From the IMG/VR virus record IMGVR_UViG_3300034166_000560: a DNA stretch of 64,000 nt. The stretch is one strand, 5' to 3'. This DNA comes from a virus. A model generated the notes under the pieces. The model did no database searches. It was not told the DNA's origin and saw only the letters and a program-made list of their open reading frames with translations. Shown piece by piece: positions 50,051 through 60,364 of the stretch (position 1 is its first letter; each line of letters begins with the position of its first letter). A program made the translations under genes and the position numbers.

Positions 50051-51076
50051 ATGGATTGGCTTGTTCACAAGTATATTGGTATTGTTTCTACACGTCTAGA
50101 GAAATTCAAACGTAAAAGTTCGAACCTTTACAATTTCCGTTGCCCTATCTGCGGAGATTCAGAATCACATCAAAATAAAGCACGAGGATACATCTACCAG
50201 AAAGACGGTAAGATGATGTTCCATTGTCATAATTGTAATGCGACGATGGGTATTCCAAACTTCATTAAGATGCTAGACGTCAACCTATATAATGAATATC
50301 AGCTGGAGAGGCTGCAGGATAAAAAGCCTCCAGAACAAGATGAATACGAAAAGTTCGTTGAGAAGATGCGTAAGCCAGTGTTTATGACATCTGGTCCATT
50401 GAAAGGTCTTAAGAAGGTTAGCCAACTTTCTCCTGATCATCCTATTAAGAAATTCGTAGTTGAGAGAAAGATCCCTAATGTTTACCATGCCAAGTTATTC
50501 GCATGTCCTAATTTTAAGCATTATGTTAATAATTTGGTTCCCAACAAGTTTCCAGTTGAGTCTTTGGCTCGGGATGAGACAAGGTTGCTTATCCCTTTTC
50601 TGGATTCTGATAAGAGCGTGCATGCCTTCCAAGGTAGATCCCTCAAATCGTCTAATGGAATTAAATATATTACAATTATACTTAATGAGTCAGTACCTAA
50701 ACTTTATGGCTTGGACACTGTGGATCGTAACCGTATTATACCAGTCCTTGAAGGTCCGATTGATAGTATGTTCGTTCCTAATAGTATTGCTACTGCTGGA
50801 GGTGATCTGGTTAGCGCAATTAGAGATTTTGACAAATCAGGACTTACGATCGTATATGACAACGAGCCTCGGTCTGTAGAGACTAAAAAGAAACTTGACA
50901 AAGCTATCATGAATGGTTATAATGTCTGTATTTGGCCGGAAACAATGGAACACAAAGACGTTAATGATATGGTCCTAGCAGGATTATCTCCGGAGTTTAT
51001 CGAACATATTATTAAAACGAATACATATAGAGATTTGTCAGCGAAACTGGCATTACAGAAATGGAGTAAGGTATGA
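50051..51076 (+). CDS. 61: DNA primase (T4 gp61)
   Basis: CPICGDS...CHNC zinc finger, EGPIDS, YDNE, KD.ND. Confidence 0.95.
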   Translation: MDWLVHKYIGIVSTRLEKFKRKSSNLYNFRCPICGDSESHQNKARGYIYQKDGKMMFHCHNCNATMGIPNFIKMLDVNLYNEYQLERLQDKKPPEQDEYEKFVEKMRKPVFMTSGPLKGLKKVSQLSPDHPIKKFVVERKIPNVYHAKLFACPNFKHYVNNLVPNKFPVESLARDETRLLIPFLDSDKSVHAFQGRSLKSSNGIKYITIILNESVPKLYGLDTVDRNRIIPVLEGPIDSMFVPNSIATAGGDLVSAIRDFDKSGLTIVYDNEPRSVETKKKLDKAIMNGYNVCIWPETMEHKDVNDMVLAGLSPEFIEHIIKTNTYRDLSAKLALQKWSKV

Positions 51077-52311
51077 AGTTTGTTAAACTTTCTAATACTG
51101 GTAAGTATAGGGGCGATCCGATTTATATTAACATTGATTGGATTACCAGCGTTTTCGAAGAATCCAGCGAACAGTATGGTTCATTATCGACTATCGTTTT
51201 TGGTGGTCCAGGAAATGGCACACGGTGGATTGTAGAAGAATCTGCTAAAGAAGTTTTGCGTAAAATTGAAGAGGCAAGTAAATGATCGTTCGTAAGAAGC
51301 CAGTTGAAGTGGAAGCATTTCTTTTTACTGAGAAGAAAGCAAAAGAAATCTCTGATTGGTGTAATGGTTTGTTAATCTCTCGTGGAGAAAACACAGAACC
51401 ATTTATTCAGATCATGACTCTAGAGGGTATGATGACTGCTCGTCTTAATGATTATATTATTAAGGGAGTTGCCGGAGAGTTTTATCCATGCGCTCCTGCT
51501 ATCTTTGAAAAGACTTATGAGGTAATTTCGGAATGAAAGGATCAAAAGAATATAAAGATTATGTCAAAAAGCATCGCAAATATCTAAAAGCGATTCATTG
51601 GGATAGTCTTATGATTCTTTTGAAGTTTCCTAACTGTAAAAAATGGCGCAAGATAAAACGCCGACCAAGAGATGGATATTTAAAAGATGATCAAGGTTAA
51701 AGGATATGTCATCTGCATGCCCAGCAGCGTTTGGGCCAAGAGCGATGACAAGTTTCCGTGGATTCCTCGTGAACATTCTTTTGGTAAGACTGCAACAGAA
51801 GCATGGATTCGATTTATGAATATTCATCCTAATGATTATGAATGGGATAGGAAACAGACATATTGGATCGATCGTGGTTATTGCGTAAAAGAAGCTACAT
51901 TGGAGATTAAAATATGAACAAGATTGATATAGCATATGTAGTTAGAAATGAATTGCATCGACTTGAAAAGTATGAGAAGCTGGTTCAGTTCATCGCTAAT
52001 GATTATCATGAACTGTCGCACGACAAAGCACAATGGCAACGTGACGATTGGAAGAAGCGTTGTAAGAAACTGATAGAGGAAGATAACAAATGACTATGAC
52101 TTGGAGAGGAATGGACCTCAACTATGTTAGCAAAGACGTTGCTAACCGTTTCTTTGGTGACGTTATTAATATGTCAAGAGAAGAACTTGTAAAGCAGATT
52201 GTGGAATCGCCCATATATAATCTTCTTCCTAAAGATACTGCTGAAAAACTCAAGTATGAGAGAGTGATTGAATTTCTTGATATGAAGAAAAAACTGGAAG
52301 AAGCACGATGA
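51073..52311 (+). CDS. small proteins: 51073-51285 FlbD-like, 51282-51536 (TLEG..GEFYPC family), 51687-51917, 52090-52311
   Basis: Motifs and coupling. Confidence 0.55.
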
Positions 52312-53072
52312 ACGACGCTAAGATTATTGCAGTAACACAACCGCTTATTGAAAACAAAAACGATGTTGGGCAAATTCGTTGTGATAAGATGACACCCAAC
52401 GAATTTATCGCATACACCGCCCGAGTATCTAATCCATCCAATCAGCATAACACACTAACATCAGAAAAACTCCTCAAGTATCTAATCGAACATAAGCACT
52501 GGTCTCCGTTTGAGATGGTTTCTATCACAATGGAAATCAATACAACTCGTGATATCTCTCACCAGATCATTCGCCATCGTTCTTTTTCGTTTCAGGAATT
52601 TAGCCAGCGTTATGCCGATCCCACTAAGGACATGCAGTTTGTAACGAGAGAAGCAAGACTACAGGACGCCAAGAACCGTCAGAATAGTATTGAGGTTGAT
52701 GATAAAGATTTGGAAGAAGAATGGGATGTTCATCAACACCTAGTAAAAAGTCAGGCAGAATATTCTTATAAAAAGGCTATTGAACTTGGCATAGCAAAGG
52801 AACAAGCAAGAGCAATTCTACCAGAAGGTCTAACCACAACCCGTCTATATATGTCAGGGACGCTTCGTTCTTGGATTCATTACATTGACGTTAGAGCCGA
52901 AGAAGGCACACAGAAAGAACACCGTCAGGTTGCTCTTGCTGCACAGGAAGAGATTCTAAAACACTTCCCGTCATTGAAAGAATATTGGTTTCCAGAGCCT
53001 TGGTTTCATGGTGTTCCTGTGAATAAGTCGGAAGAAGAACCTAAATCATGGTGGTGGAGATTTTGGTCATGA
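52308..53072 (+). CDS. thyX: flavin-dependent thymidylate synthase
   Basis: HWSPFE, RHRSFSFQEFSQRY. Confidence 0.95.
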   Translation: MNDAKIIAVTQPLIENKNDVGQIRCDKMTPNEFIAYTARVSNPSNQHNTLTSEKLLKYLIEHKHWSPFEMVSITMEINTTRDISHQIIRHRSFSFQEFSQRYADPTKDMQFVTREARLQDAKNRQNSIEVDDKDLEEEWDVHQHLVKSQAEYSYKKAIELGIAKEQARAILPEGLTTTRLYMSGTLRSWIHYIDVRAEEGTQKEHRQVALAAQEEILKHFPSLKEYWFPEPWFHGVPVNKSEEEPKSWWWRFWS

Positions 53073-53475
53073 CACACGAAGATGCAATGCTTATTGTCAC
53101 AGCAATTCATGACATATATAAGATTCTTTATCTAATTTGCATAGGTGTATTTTCACTGGTAGTTGCCACGGTTGCTACATGGAAGTTCTGGTCATGAATA
53201 GAATCGTAACGATGATCAATATCCATGGAGAAACAATCAGGTCTATAAAGGCGCTTGATGATGGCAGGTGGTTTATCTGGCACGACGAATATCATAATTT
53301 TCCGTGGTCAAGAAAGAAGTTTGGTTTATAATGCTGTTCGATAGATATGACTTTAAGAAATTCGCCAGAGCCGTTCGCAAAGTGAATAGCAGGTTCATGG
53401 GTAGAGAAATCAGACAGCTATATTCTGGTTATCTATATCCAGAGCTACCTTTATATTTGAAAATCACGGAGATTC

Positions 53476-53787
53476 TTGATGCCTAAAATCGTATTAGTTG
53501 AAACCGTCTCCACGTTCAGGCATATATACGCTGTAGAACTTGAAGATGACCAACCAGCAGATTATGCTGTAGAAGATGTTATGTATTTTACTACTGGTGG
53601 TGAAACAGAATTTGATGAAGTAGCACAAGAACATGTTGGTGAAAACATCTTATCACATCGTGTAGTAACTGAAGAAGAATACTTAGAACTTTTTGATCAA
53701 CATAATCCATATGCCGCTCCTATATGGACAGTAGACGAAAAGAAGAGATATATATACAAGGCTAAAGAGAACAAAGAGGCAAAATAA
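53476..53787 (+). CDS. hypothetical protein
   Basis: ORF coupled to the RNR gene. Confidence 0.6.
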   Translation: MMPKIVLVETVSTFRHIYAVELEDDQPADYAVEDVMYFTTGGETEFDEVAQEHVGENILSHRVVTEEEYLELFDQHNPYAAPIWTVDEKKRYIYKAKENKEAK

Positions 53788-55688
53788 TGACAGACTTTAC
53801 AGTTTACCAGCAGTACATCCACAAATCCCGTTATGCACGTTTCCTTCCAGAGAAGAATCGTCGTGAACACTGGAATGAAACGGTCCAGCGTTATGTGGAT
53901 TATATGTTCACAAAAGTTTCAACAGGCCAGGGATGGACGGTTGATCAAAAGCTAAAGCAAGAAGTATTTGACGCAATTTATAATCTTGAAGTAATGCCAT
54001 CAATGAGAGCATTGATGACTGCTGGTAAGGCTCTAGATCGTGATAACGTCGCTGGCTACAATTGTTCTTATCTTCCTATTGACGATCCAAAGGCTTTTGA
54101 TGAAGCCATGTGCATTCTTATGAATGGCACTGGTGTTGGCTTCTCTGTTGAGCGTCAGTATGTGAATAAGCTACCAGAAATTCCAGAACAGCTTTTTGAC
54201 TGTGATACCATGATCACAGTACGTGACAGCAAGGAAGGTTGGGCAAAAGCATTACGTATGCTTATTTCACTCCTTTACGCTGGTGAAGTTCCAAAGTGGG
54301 ATTTATCAAACCTTCGTCCTGCTGGTGCACCACTAAAGGTGTTTGGTGGCCGTTCTTCTGGTCCAGATCCATTGAACGATCTATTCAAGTTCGTTATTCG
54401 TGTTTTCAAGAATGCACATGGTCGTAAACTAACATCGTTAGAATGCCATGACATTATGTGTAAAATTGGTGAAGTTGTTGTAGTTGGTGGAGTGCGACGT
54501 TCAGCAATGATCTCCCTATCTAACTTATCAGATGATCGCATGCGCCATGCAAAAGCAGGACAGTGGTGGGAAGCAAATGTTCAAAGAGCTCTTTCAAACA
54601 ACTCAGCAGTCTATACAGAAAAGCCAGAAGTCGGGCAGTTTATGTCTGAATGGCTTGCAATCTATGAATCTAAGTCGGGCGAGCGTGGAATCTTTTCCAG
54701 AGAAGCAAGCCAAAAAGTTGCTAAAAGAAGTGGTCGCAGAGATTCATCGTTTGAATTCGGAACTAACCCCTGCTCAGAGATTATCCTTCGACCCTACCAA
54801 TTTTGCAATCTTACAGAGGTCGTTATTCGAAGCACTGATAGTGAGAAATCTCTTGCTAGAAAGATTAGAGTCGCAACGATATTGGGAACTTTCCAATCGA
54901 CTATGACTTATTTCCCATATCTACGTAAGATTTGGCAGAAGAATACAGAAGAAGAAAGATTGCTCGGTGTATCATTCACTGGCATCTATGATTGCCCAAT
55001 CATGAACGACTATAATGATCCAGAGTTACCTGCACGCCTAGAACGTCTACGACAGGTCGCTATTGATACAAATAAGGAATGGAGCGAGAAACTTGGTATT
55101 AATCAATCAGTCGCCATTACTTGCGTTAAGCCAAGTGGAACAGTCAGTCAATTGGTCCTTAGTCCTTCTGGTATTCATCCAGGTCATGATAGGCACTATA
55201 TCCGCCGTGTTCGTAGCGACAACAAGGATCCCCTTACAAAGCATCTTATTGATGCTGGCGTTCCTCATGAGCCAGACGTTACTAAACCTCATTCTACTAC
55301 TGTCTTTAGTTTCCCAATGAGACTACCAGAAACTTCAATCACAAGAGAGAATGTATCTGCTATTGATCATCTAGAACTTTGGTTGAAGTATCAGCGTCAT
55401 TGGTGCGAGCATAAGCCATCAGTAACAATTAACGTAACTGAAGACGAATGGCCACGTGTTGGTGCTTGGGTTTATGATCACTTTGACGAAATGTCAGGTG
55501 TTTCGTTCCTACCTTATGATGGTGGAACTTATCGTCAGGCTCCATATGAAACCATTACCGAAGCCGATTACGAAGATCTAAATAAAACTATTCCAACTTC
55601 TGTGGATTGGGATGCTCTTGTCGAGATGGATGATAATGTAGAAGGAGTTCAAACTCTCGCATGTACATCAGGCAATTGCGAAATCTAA
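53787..55688 (+). CDS. nrdJ: class II (adenosylcobalamin-dependent) ribonucleotide reductase
   Basis: MPSMR, YNC, GGVRRSA, TNPCSE, VKPSGT, C-terminal CxxxxC; no beta subunit adjacent. Confidence 0.85.
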   Translation: MTDFTVYQQYIHKSRYARFLPEKNRREHWNETVQRYVDYMFTKVSTGQGWTVDQKLKQEVFDAIYNLEVMPSMRALMTAGKALDRDNVAGYNCSYLPIDDPKAFDEAMCILMNGTGVGFSVERQYVNKLPEIPEQLFDCDTMITVRDSKEGWAKALRMLISLLYAGEVPKWDLSNLRPAGAPLKVFGGRSSGPDPLNDLFKFVIRVFKNAHGRKLTSLECHDIMCKIGEVVVVGGVRRSAMISLSNLSDDRMRHAKAGQWWEANVQRALSNNSAVYTEKPEVGQFMSEWLAIYESKSGERGIFSREASQKVAKRSGRRDSSFEFGTNPCSEIILRPYQFCNLTEVVIRSTDSEKSLARKIRVATILGTFQSTMTYFPYLRKIWQKNTEEERLLGVSFTGIYDCPIMNDYNDPELPARLERLRQVAIDTNKEWSEKLGINQSVAITCVKPSGTVSQLVLSPSGIHPGHDRHYIRRVRSDNKDPLTKHLIDAGVPHEPDVTKPHSTTVFSFPMRLPETSITRENVSAIDHLELWLKYQRHWCEHKPSVTINVTEDEWPRVGAWVYDHFDEMSGVSFLPYDGGTYRQAPYETITEADYEDLNKTIPTSVDWDALVEMDDNVEGVQTLACTSGNCEI

Positions 55689-55910
55689 GAAGGAAAACTA
55701 ATGAGAATAGATTCAGAACTATTTGATTTATGTAAGGACTTTATAAGAGAAAACGAAATTTCTTGTCCAGAAACGATTTACGATAGAGATTCTCTTCAAC
55801 TACAGTGTTTAGAATTACTAGAGCAAATTTGTGATCTTATTGGTTATCATGAAGACGAAGAAGAACTAGACTTCGAAGACGACTAATAAATATCCCGAAG
55901 GAGATTCGGG

Positions 55911-56315
55911 ATGTGGACATATAAAGGTGAAATCGTAGAAGATATTGGTAATTATATTGGATTCGTCTATATAATTACCAATCTTCGCACCGAAAGAAAA
56001 TATATCGGTAAGAAAAATTTCTATTTCTCAAAGACTAAGCAAGTCAAAGGTAAGAAAAAGAAATACAAAGTAGAGTCTGATTGGAAAGACTACTTTGGTT
56101 CCAACGAAGAATTAAATCATCACGTAAATATTTTTGGCAAAGATGCTTTTAGAAGAGAGATTCTTAGATTCTGTTCTTCGAAAGGCGAGATGTCATATTT
56201 TGAAGCGAAACTTCAATTCCAGTATGATGTTTTAGAATCAGATCAGTGGTATAATTCTTGGATCTCTTGTAAGATCCATAAGAAACATTTGACTTTTCTG
56301 AAAAAGAAGGTATAA
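55911..56315 (+). CDS. short GIY-YIG (Seg-like) protein
   Basis: GFVY.ITN...YIGKK, Y.GS. Confidence 0.8.
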   Translation: MWTYKGEIVEDIGNYIGFVYIITNLRTERKYIGKKNFYFSKTKQVKGKKKKYKVESDWKDYFGSNEELNHHVNIFGKDAFRREILRFCSSKGEMSYFEAKLQFQYDVLESDQWYNSWISCKIHKKHLTFLKKKV

Positions 56316-56316
56316 T

Positions 56317-56985
56317 ATGGATATATTAAATGGTAGTCCTTCGCTTGTCTGTGATAACGCAATAGATAACCTATCTTTTAAAAAGATATGCGAACACGTG
56401 CGTAAGCCCGAATTTAGGTGGGATTATTGGCCTGTCGGAAAACGATACATAGATTATGATCCAAACTATCCATGGTTCTTAGACCCAGATACTGGAAAAT
56501 ACACCAATCAGAATAAATATAAAGATAGTTTCTCGAGTATGGGTCTAGTAGACAATAGAGTTGTCTCAGAAATTGGTGGATTGTGCAAAGATGCTTTACT
56601 GCAAGTTGCATCGAGATTAAATCTAAAAATCAAAAATATCTATAGAGTAAGATTAGGGTTGATTTTACCCAAAGAAGATGGTAAGATCATTAATATGCCT
56701 CATGTGGATAATGAAATACCTCACTACACAGGATTACTTTATCTAACAAACAATGATGGCGAAACAGTATTATACAATGAAATGTATAATTTAGACCGTA
56801 AAATTAATAGTGCCGAGCGCTATAAACAAATTATGGATAATGGCGGATTTACGGTCGCCGATAAAGTAGAGTCTAAAGAAAATCGTTTCATGATATTCCA
56901 AGGTAATAGGTATCATTCGAGCACCTGCCCTACTAATATCAAGGAGAGGATAACTGTAAACTACAATTTTGATTTGGAGGTATAA
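56317..56985 (+). CDS. Fe(II)/2OG oxygenase-like protein
   Basis: PHVD, YL...DGET, F.G..YHSS..P...RI..N. Confidence 0.8.
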   Translation: MDILNGSPSLVCDNAIDNLSFKKICEHVRKPEFRWDYWPVGKRYIDYDPNYPWFLDPDTGKYTNQNKYKDSFSSMGLVDNRVVSEIGGLCKDALLQVASRLNLKIKNIYRVRLGLILPKEDGKIINMPHVDNEIPHYTGLLYLTNNDGETVLYNEMYNLDRKINSAERYKQIMDNGGFTVADKVESKENRFMIFQGNRYHSSTCPTNIKERITVNYNFDLEV

Positions 56986-56986
56986 T

Positions 56987-57085
56987 ATGCCATGGCCAAG
57001 TAAGAATCGACCACGCAAGGGTCGCCGTAAAGTCGGCAGTCAGAAGCGCAAGGCTCGTCGTTTGAAGGGTCGTAAGCGTAAGTAA
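56987..57085 (+). CDS. 32-aa highly basic peptide (not in the ORF track)
   Basis: GGAGG RBS; MPWPSKNRPRKGRRKVGSQKRKARRLKGRKRK. Confidence 0.6.
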   Translation: MPWPSKNRPRKGRRKVGSQKRKARRLKGRKRK

Positions 57086-57109
57086 TTTTAATCAGAAAGG
57101 TGAATAAGT

Positions 57110-57391
57110 ATGAATAAGTTTTTTCTAGCAGCAGCAATCGTTCTGGGTCTAACAGTTTCCGCTGGTGCATATCAGGACGAGACACATAACGGAACAACCG
57201 TTGCTGTTCCAGGCGCTGCTAAGAGCAAGGGCGTGTTCGCTCCAGCTATTCAGCTAACTCCACATGGCACCGTCGTAACTGCTCCTCCAGGTGCAGATGT
57301 TGACGTTGATAACGATGGTGATGATGTCTCTGTTGACATTACTCCAAAGGGTAAGCGTGGCCTTCTAGGTCTCGGCATTCTAGGAATGTAA
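57110..57391 (+). CDS. secreted hypothetical protein
   Basis: Sec signal peptide. Confidence 0.65.
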   Translation: MNKFFLAAAIVLGLTVSAGAYQDETHNGTTVAVPGAAKSKGVFAPAIQLTPHGTVVTAPPGADVDVDNDGDDVSVDITPKGKRGLLGLGILGM

Positions 57392-57393
57392 CA

Positions 57394-57852
57394 ATGAAAA
57401 AGCTGAATCTGGACGAAGTCAGAGAGTTCATTGTCAACACATCATTGTCAACAAAGATCTACATCGGTTCAGATTCAGCCCGTTACCGTAAGGGTGAAGT
57501 TTGGTTTGCTGAATACTGTACTGTAGTTGTTGTTCACTATGATGGCAACCGTGGATGTAAAGTTTTTGGTCATTTAGAATCTGAAAGAGACTATGACCAG
57601 AAGATGAATCGCCCACGTATGCGTTTGATGAATGAAGTGCAGCGTACTGCGCAGATGTATTTGGATCTAGCAGAAGCTATTGGTCAAAGAAAAACAGAAA
57701 TACATCTGGACATCAACCCTGACGAAAAGCATGGATCTTCATGCGTTATTTTAGAAGCAGTTGGATACATCAAGGGAATGTGTAATGTCATTCCTTTTGT
57801 AAAACCAAACGCCTTCGCAGCTTCTATTGCTGCAGATAGATTGCTGGCGTAA
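57394..57852 (+). CDS. RNase H-like YkuK family protein
   Basis: IGSDS, RL..E, EIHLDI, KP.A.AAS..AD. Confidence 0.8.
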   Translation: MKKLNLDEVREFIVNTSLSTKIYIGSDSARYRKGEVWFAEYCTVVVVHYDGNRGCKVFGHLESERDYDQKMNRPRMRLMNEVQRTAQMYLDLAEAIGQRKTEIHLDINPDEKHGSSCVILEAVGYIKGMCNVIPFVKPNAFAASIAADRLLA

Positions 57853-57858
57853 TAATAA

Positions 57859-57934
57859 ACTCCGGTAGCCAAGTGGTTAAGGCCAGCCGCTCATAACGGT
57901 TCCATCGGGGGTTCGAATCCCTCCCGGAGTACCA
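57859..57934 (+). tRNA. tRNA with CAT anticodon (elongator Met or Ile2)
   Basis: ACTCCGG/CCGGAGT acceptor stem, CTCATAA loop, GGTTCGAATCC, encoded CCA. Confidence 0.92.
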
Positions 57935-57948
57935 CCAAAGGTTTGATA

Positions 57949-58539
57949 ATGCAATCGATCAATAATTATATTTTCAAAAAACAATTATCTTTAGATCTTA
58001 ACCTTATCAAACAAGAATGTTGGTCTGCATACGATATAATCAAAGAAAATTATATAGATAAAAATTCTAAACACAACAGACAGTGGTCTTTAGGATATGT
58101 CAGTTACAAATATAATTTATTCAGGTTAGGGTATCCAGGGTTTAGTTTATTACATGAACAAATTAGAGATATGTTCTTTGAAATAAATCCTAATTCCCGA
58201 GAGCAACATTATATACATTGTTGGTTAAACCTTTGCGATCAAAATGGTAATTTTCCATGGCATAACCATTCGTATAGATTTGCTATGCTTCTTGGTATGC
58301 ATGGTTTCTTTTGCGTAGACGTTGAACCTTCTTCGACATACTATAAATTCTTGGACACAGAAGATATTTACGAATTAGAAGACAAAGATAATCTTCTGAT
58401 TATGGCCAAAAACGATAACGATGAACATAGAACTTATCCTTGGCCATACAATAGAACCAGAATAACTATTCCTTTTAACATAGTTTCATCTAAGTATACA
58501 GGTGTTTTGCCTTGTACTGCTTCCTGGTTCCCTTTATAA
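57949..58539 (+). CDS. putative 2OG-oxygenase-fold protein
   Basis: CW.N, WHNH, H.T.P...RITI.FN. Confidence 0.55.
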   Translation: MQSINNYIFKKQLSLDLNLIKQECWSAYDIIKENYIDKNSKHNRQWSLGYVSYKYNLFRLGYPGFSLLHEQIRDMFFEINPNSREQHYIHCWLNLCDQNGNFPWHNHSYRFAMLLGMHGFFCVDVEPSSTYYKFLDTEDIYELEDKDNLLIMAKNDNDEHRTYPWPYNRTRITIPFNIVSSKYTGVLPCTASWFPL

Positions 58540-58555
58540 TCTGAAAGGATATATT

Positions 58556-58963
58556 ATGCGTTATATTATTGTGCTAGCATTTGCGCTTTTCTCTACAACA
58601 GCAAACGCTGGCTTCTTGGATGATCTATTTGGTGGTTGGAATCAACACCAGCAAGTCGCCTATGGCAAGCATTCCAAGCATATAAATACCTATTCCACTG
58701 GTGGCGGACATAACGCCTCGTGGTATAACGACCGGAGCGGACGGACAGCATCCGGTATGCGTCATCACTATGGGGTGGCGCATAGAACCTTACCATTTGG
58801 AACAACGGTTTGTATCCACAACCCGTCGAATGGTAGGCAAGTAGAAGCCGTTGTAACCGATAGAGGGCCATTCGTCAGAGGAAGAACAATTGACGTCAAT
58901 CAAAACGTGGCTCGTGCCCTTGGTTTCCGAGGAACCGCACATCTAAATTACCATCCGTGTTAA
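58556..58963 (+). CDS. RlpA-like double-psi beta-barrel lytic transglycosylase, secreted
   Basis: ASWY, TASG, AHRTLPFGT, DRGPF..GR.ID; signal peptide. Confidence 0.88.
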   Translation: MRYIIVLAFALFSTTANAGFLDDLFGGWNQHQQVAYGKHSKHINTYSTGGGHNASWYNDRSGRTASGMRHHYGVAHRTLPFGTTVCIHNPSNGRQVEAVVTDRGPFVRGRTIDVNQNVARALGFRGTAHLNYHPC

Positions 58964-58998
58964 GGGTCGGTTGCACATAACAGAAAGGTAAATCCCAA

Positions 58999-59526
58999 AT
59001 GAAGAAGATTATTCTAGCTGCGATGACAGCAGCTGCTGTGCTTGCGTATGCAAGTGTGGCAGAAGCAAAAGTTCATCCTGGCAAACATAGTCAGTATTCA
59101 GCAAATCTCGAAGAACCAGATCCGATTGGATCGATCTTCGATGGTTGGGGAGACGTTACTCCTCAGCTACGTTTTAAAAACAAACGACAGGCTCGCATTT
59201 ACAGCGAGCGTAGAGAAGCAACTTATGGCTTTGAGCGTGCGGACGATGGATACTCAGGTTCGATCGTAGCTCTTGGTCATCAGCTTCAGCATCAGGGTCT
59301 CCGTGTGTCTGAGCATCCATCATTCGGTGGAGTGCACCATGTTCATCATGGTTGGGCACACTACGCAGGGCGTGCGATCGACGTAAATGTTGGTCGTGGC
59401 GTTTTCGAGGCTCACTCAGCGTATGCACACAATTTTGATCACCTTGCTGCTCAGTTAAGATCAGAAGGTTACACAGTGCTCTGGAGAGTTCCAGGTCACT
59501 ATAATCATATGCATATTCAAAAATAA
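58999..59526 (+). CDS. secreted M15-like zinc peptidase-fold protein
   Basis: Signal peptide; HY.GRAID, H..H.H. Confidence 0.6.
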   Translation: MKKIILAAMTAAAVLAYASVAEAKVHPGKHSQYSANLEEPDPIGSIFDGWGDVTPQLRFKNKRQARIYSERREATYGFERADDGYSGSIVALGHQLQHQGLRVSEHPSFGGVHHVHHGWAHYAGRAIDVNVGRGVFEAHSAYAHNFDHLAAQLRSEGYTVLWRVPGHYNHMHIQK

Positions 59527-59562
59527 CAACGAGGGTGGCAATGTCCGTGCCACCCTTTTTTC

Positions 59563-60141
59563 TTGGAGGCTATTTTGAATTTAGAAAAAGAAGACAAAAC
59601 AATAGACATTCCGAATATCGAAGACCACCACTATTATCTATTCAACTCAACATTCGACGCAAGTTCTACGGGCGAAGCATTAAAGTTTATTCTTGCCCGT
59701 AACCTAATGAAAAAAGACCGCCCGAAGTTTATGAAATTTATTATTAACTCTCCTGGCGGCGAAGTTCCCTCAGCCTTTTCTCTCATCGATACGATGAAGG
59801 GTTCAAAGATTCCGGTATATACATATGGACTTGGTGAAATTGCTTCTTGTGGTCTACTTACGTTTATGGCGGGAGCAAAAGGACATCGTTACATTACTAG
59901 AAATACCGCAATTCTATCCCACCAGTTCTCATGGGGATCTATGGGTAAAGAACATGAATTGATGGCATCAGTCAAAGAATTTAATAATACCAGTCAGCGC
60001 ATTGTAGATCATTATAAGAAGTGCACTGGTCAAACCGAAGCAACTATTAAGAAGTATCTACTACCACCAGAAGATGTTTGGTTAACTCCAAAGGAAGCAG
60101 TGAAATATGGAATCGCAGACGAAATTGTGGATTTTTATTGA
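59563..60141 (+). CDS. ClpP-like protease
   Basis: INSPGG, IASCG, HQ, D.WL...EA..YG..D. Confidence 0.88.
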   Translation: MEAILNLEKEDKTIDIPNIEDHHYYLFNSTFDASSTGEALKFILARNLMKKDRPKFMKFIINSPGGEVPSAFSLIDTMKGSKIPVYTYGLGEIASCGLLTFMAGAKGHRYITRNTAILSHQFSWGSMGKEHELMASVKEFNNTSQRIVDHYKKCTGQTEATIKKYLLPPEDVWLTPKEAVKYGIADEIVDFY

Positions 60142-60343
60142 GTGGGTAGCAACTGTTGTTCTAATCGTAGGTGTTGCTCTGACTTCATGGAATATCTATC
60201 CAGCTAATATATACGTAAGTGCTGCTGGTAATCTATTGTGGTTTGTGATAGGTTGGCACTGGAGAAAATTGTCTCTAATCACAATCCAAATTATAGTTAC
60301 TGGTATATATGCAGTTGGGTTGTGGAAGTATTGGTTCTTATAA
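60107..60343 (+). CDS. small membrane protein
   Basis: Three hydrophobic segments. Confidence 0.6.
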   Translation: MESQTKLWIFIEWVATVVLIVGVALTSWNIYPANIYVSAAGNLLWFVIGWHWRKLSLITIQIIVTGIYAVGLWKYWFL

Positions 60344-60364
60344 ATAATCCAAAAAGGAATCAAT

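Noticed and set aside
28615-55688. introns or inteins in polymerase, helicase, primase or RNR
   Set aside because: ORFs are continuous and of ordinary length
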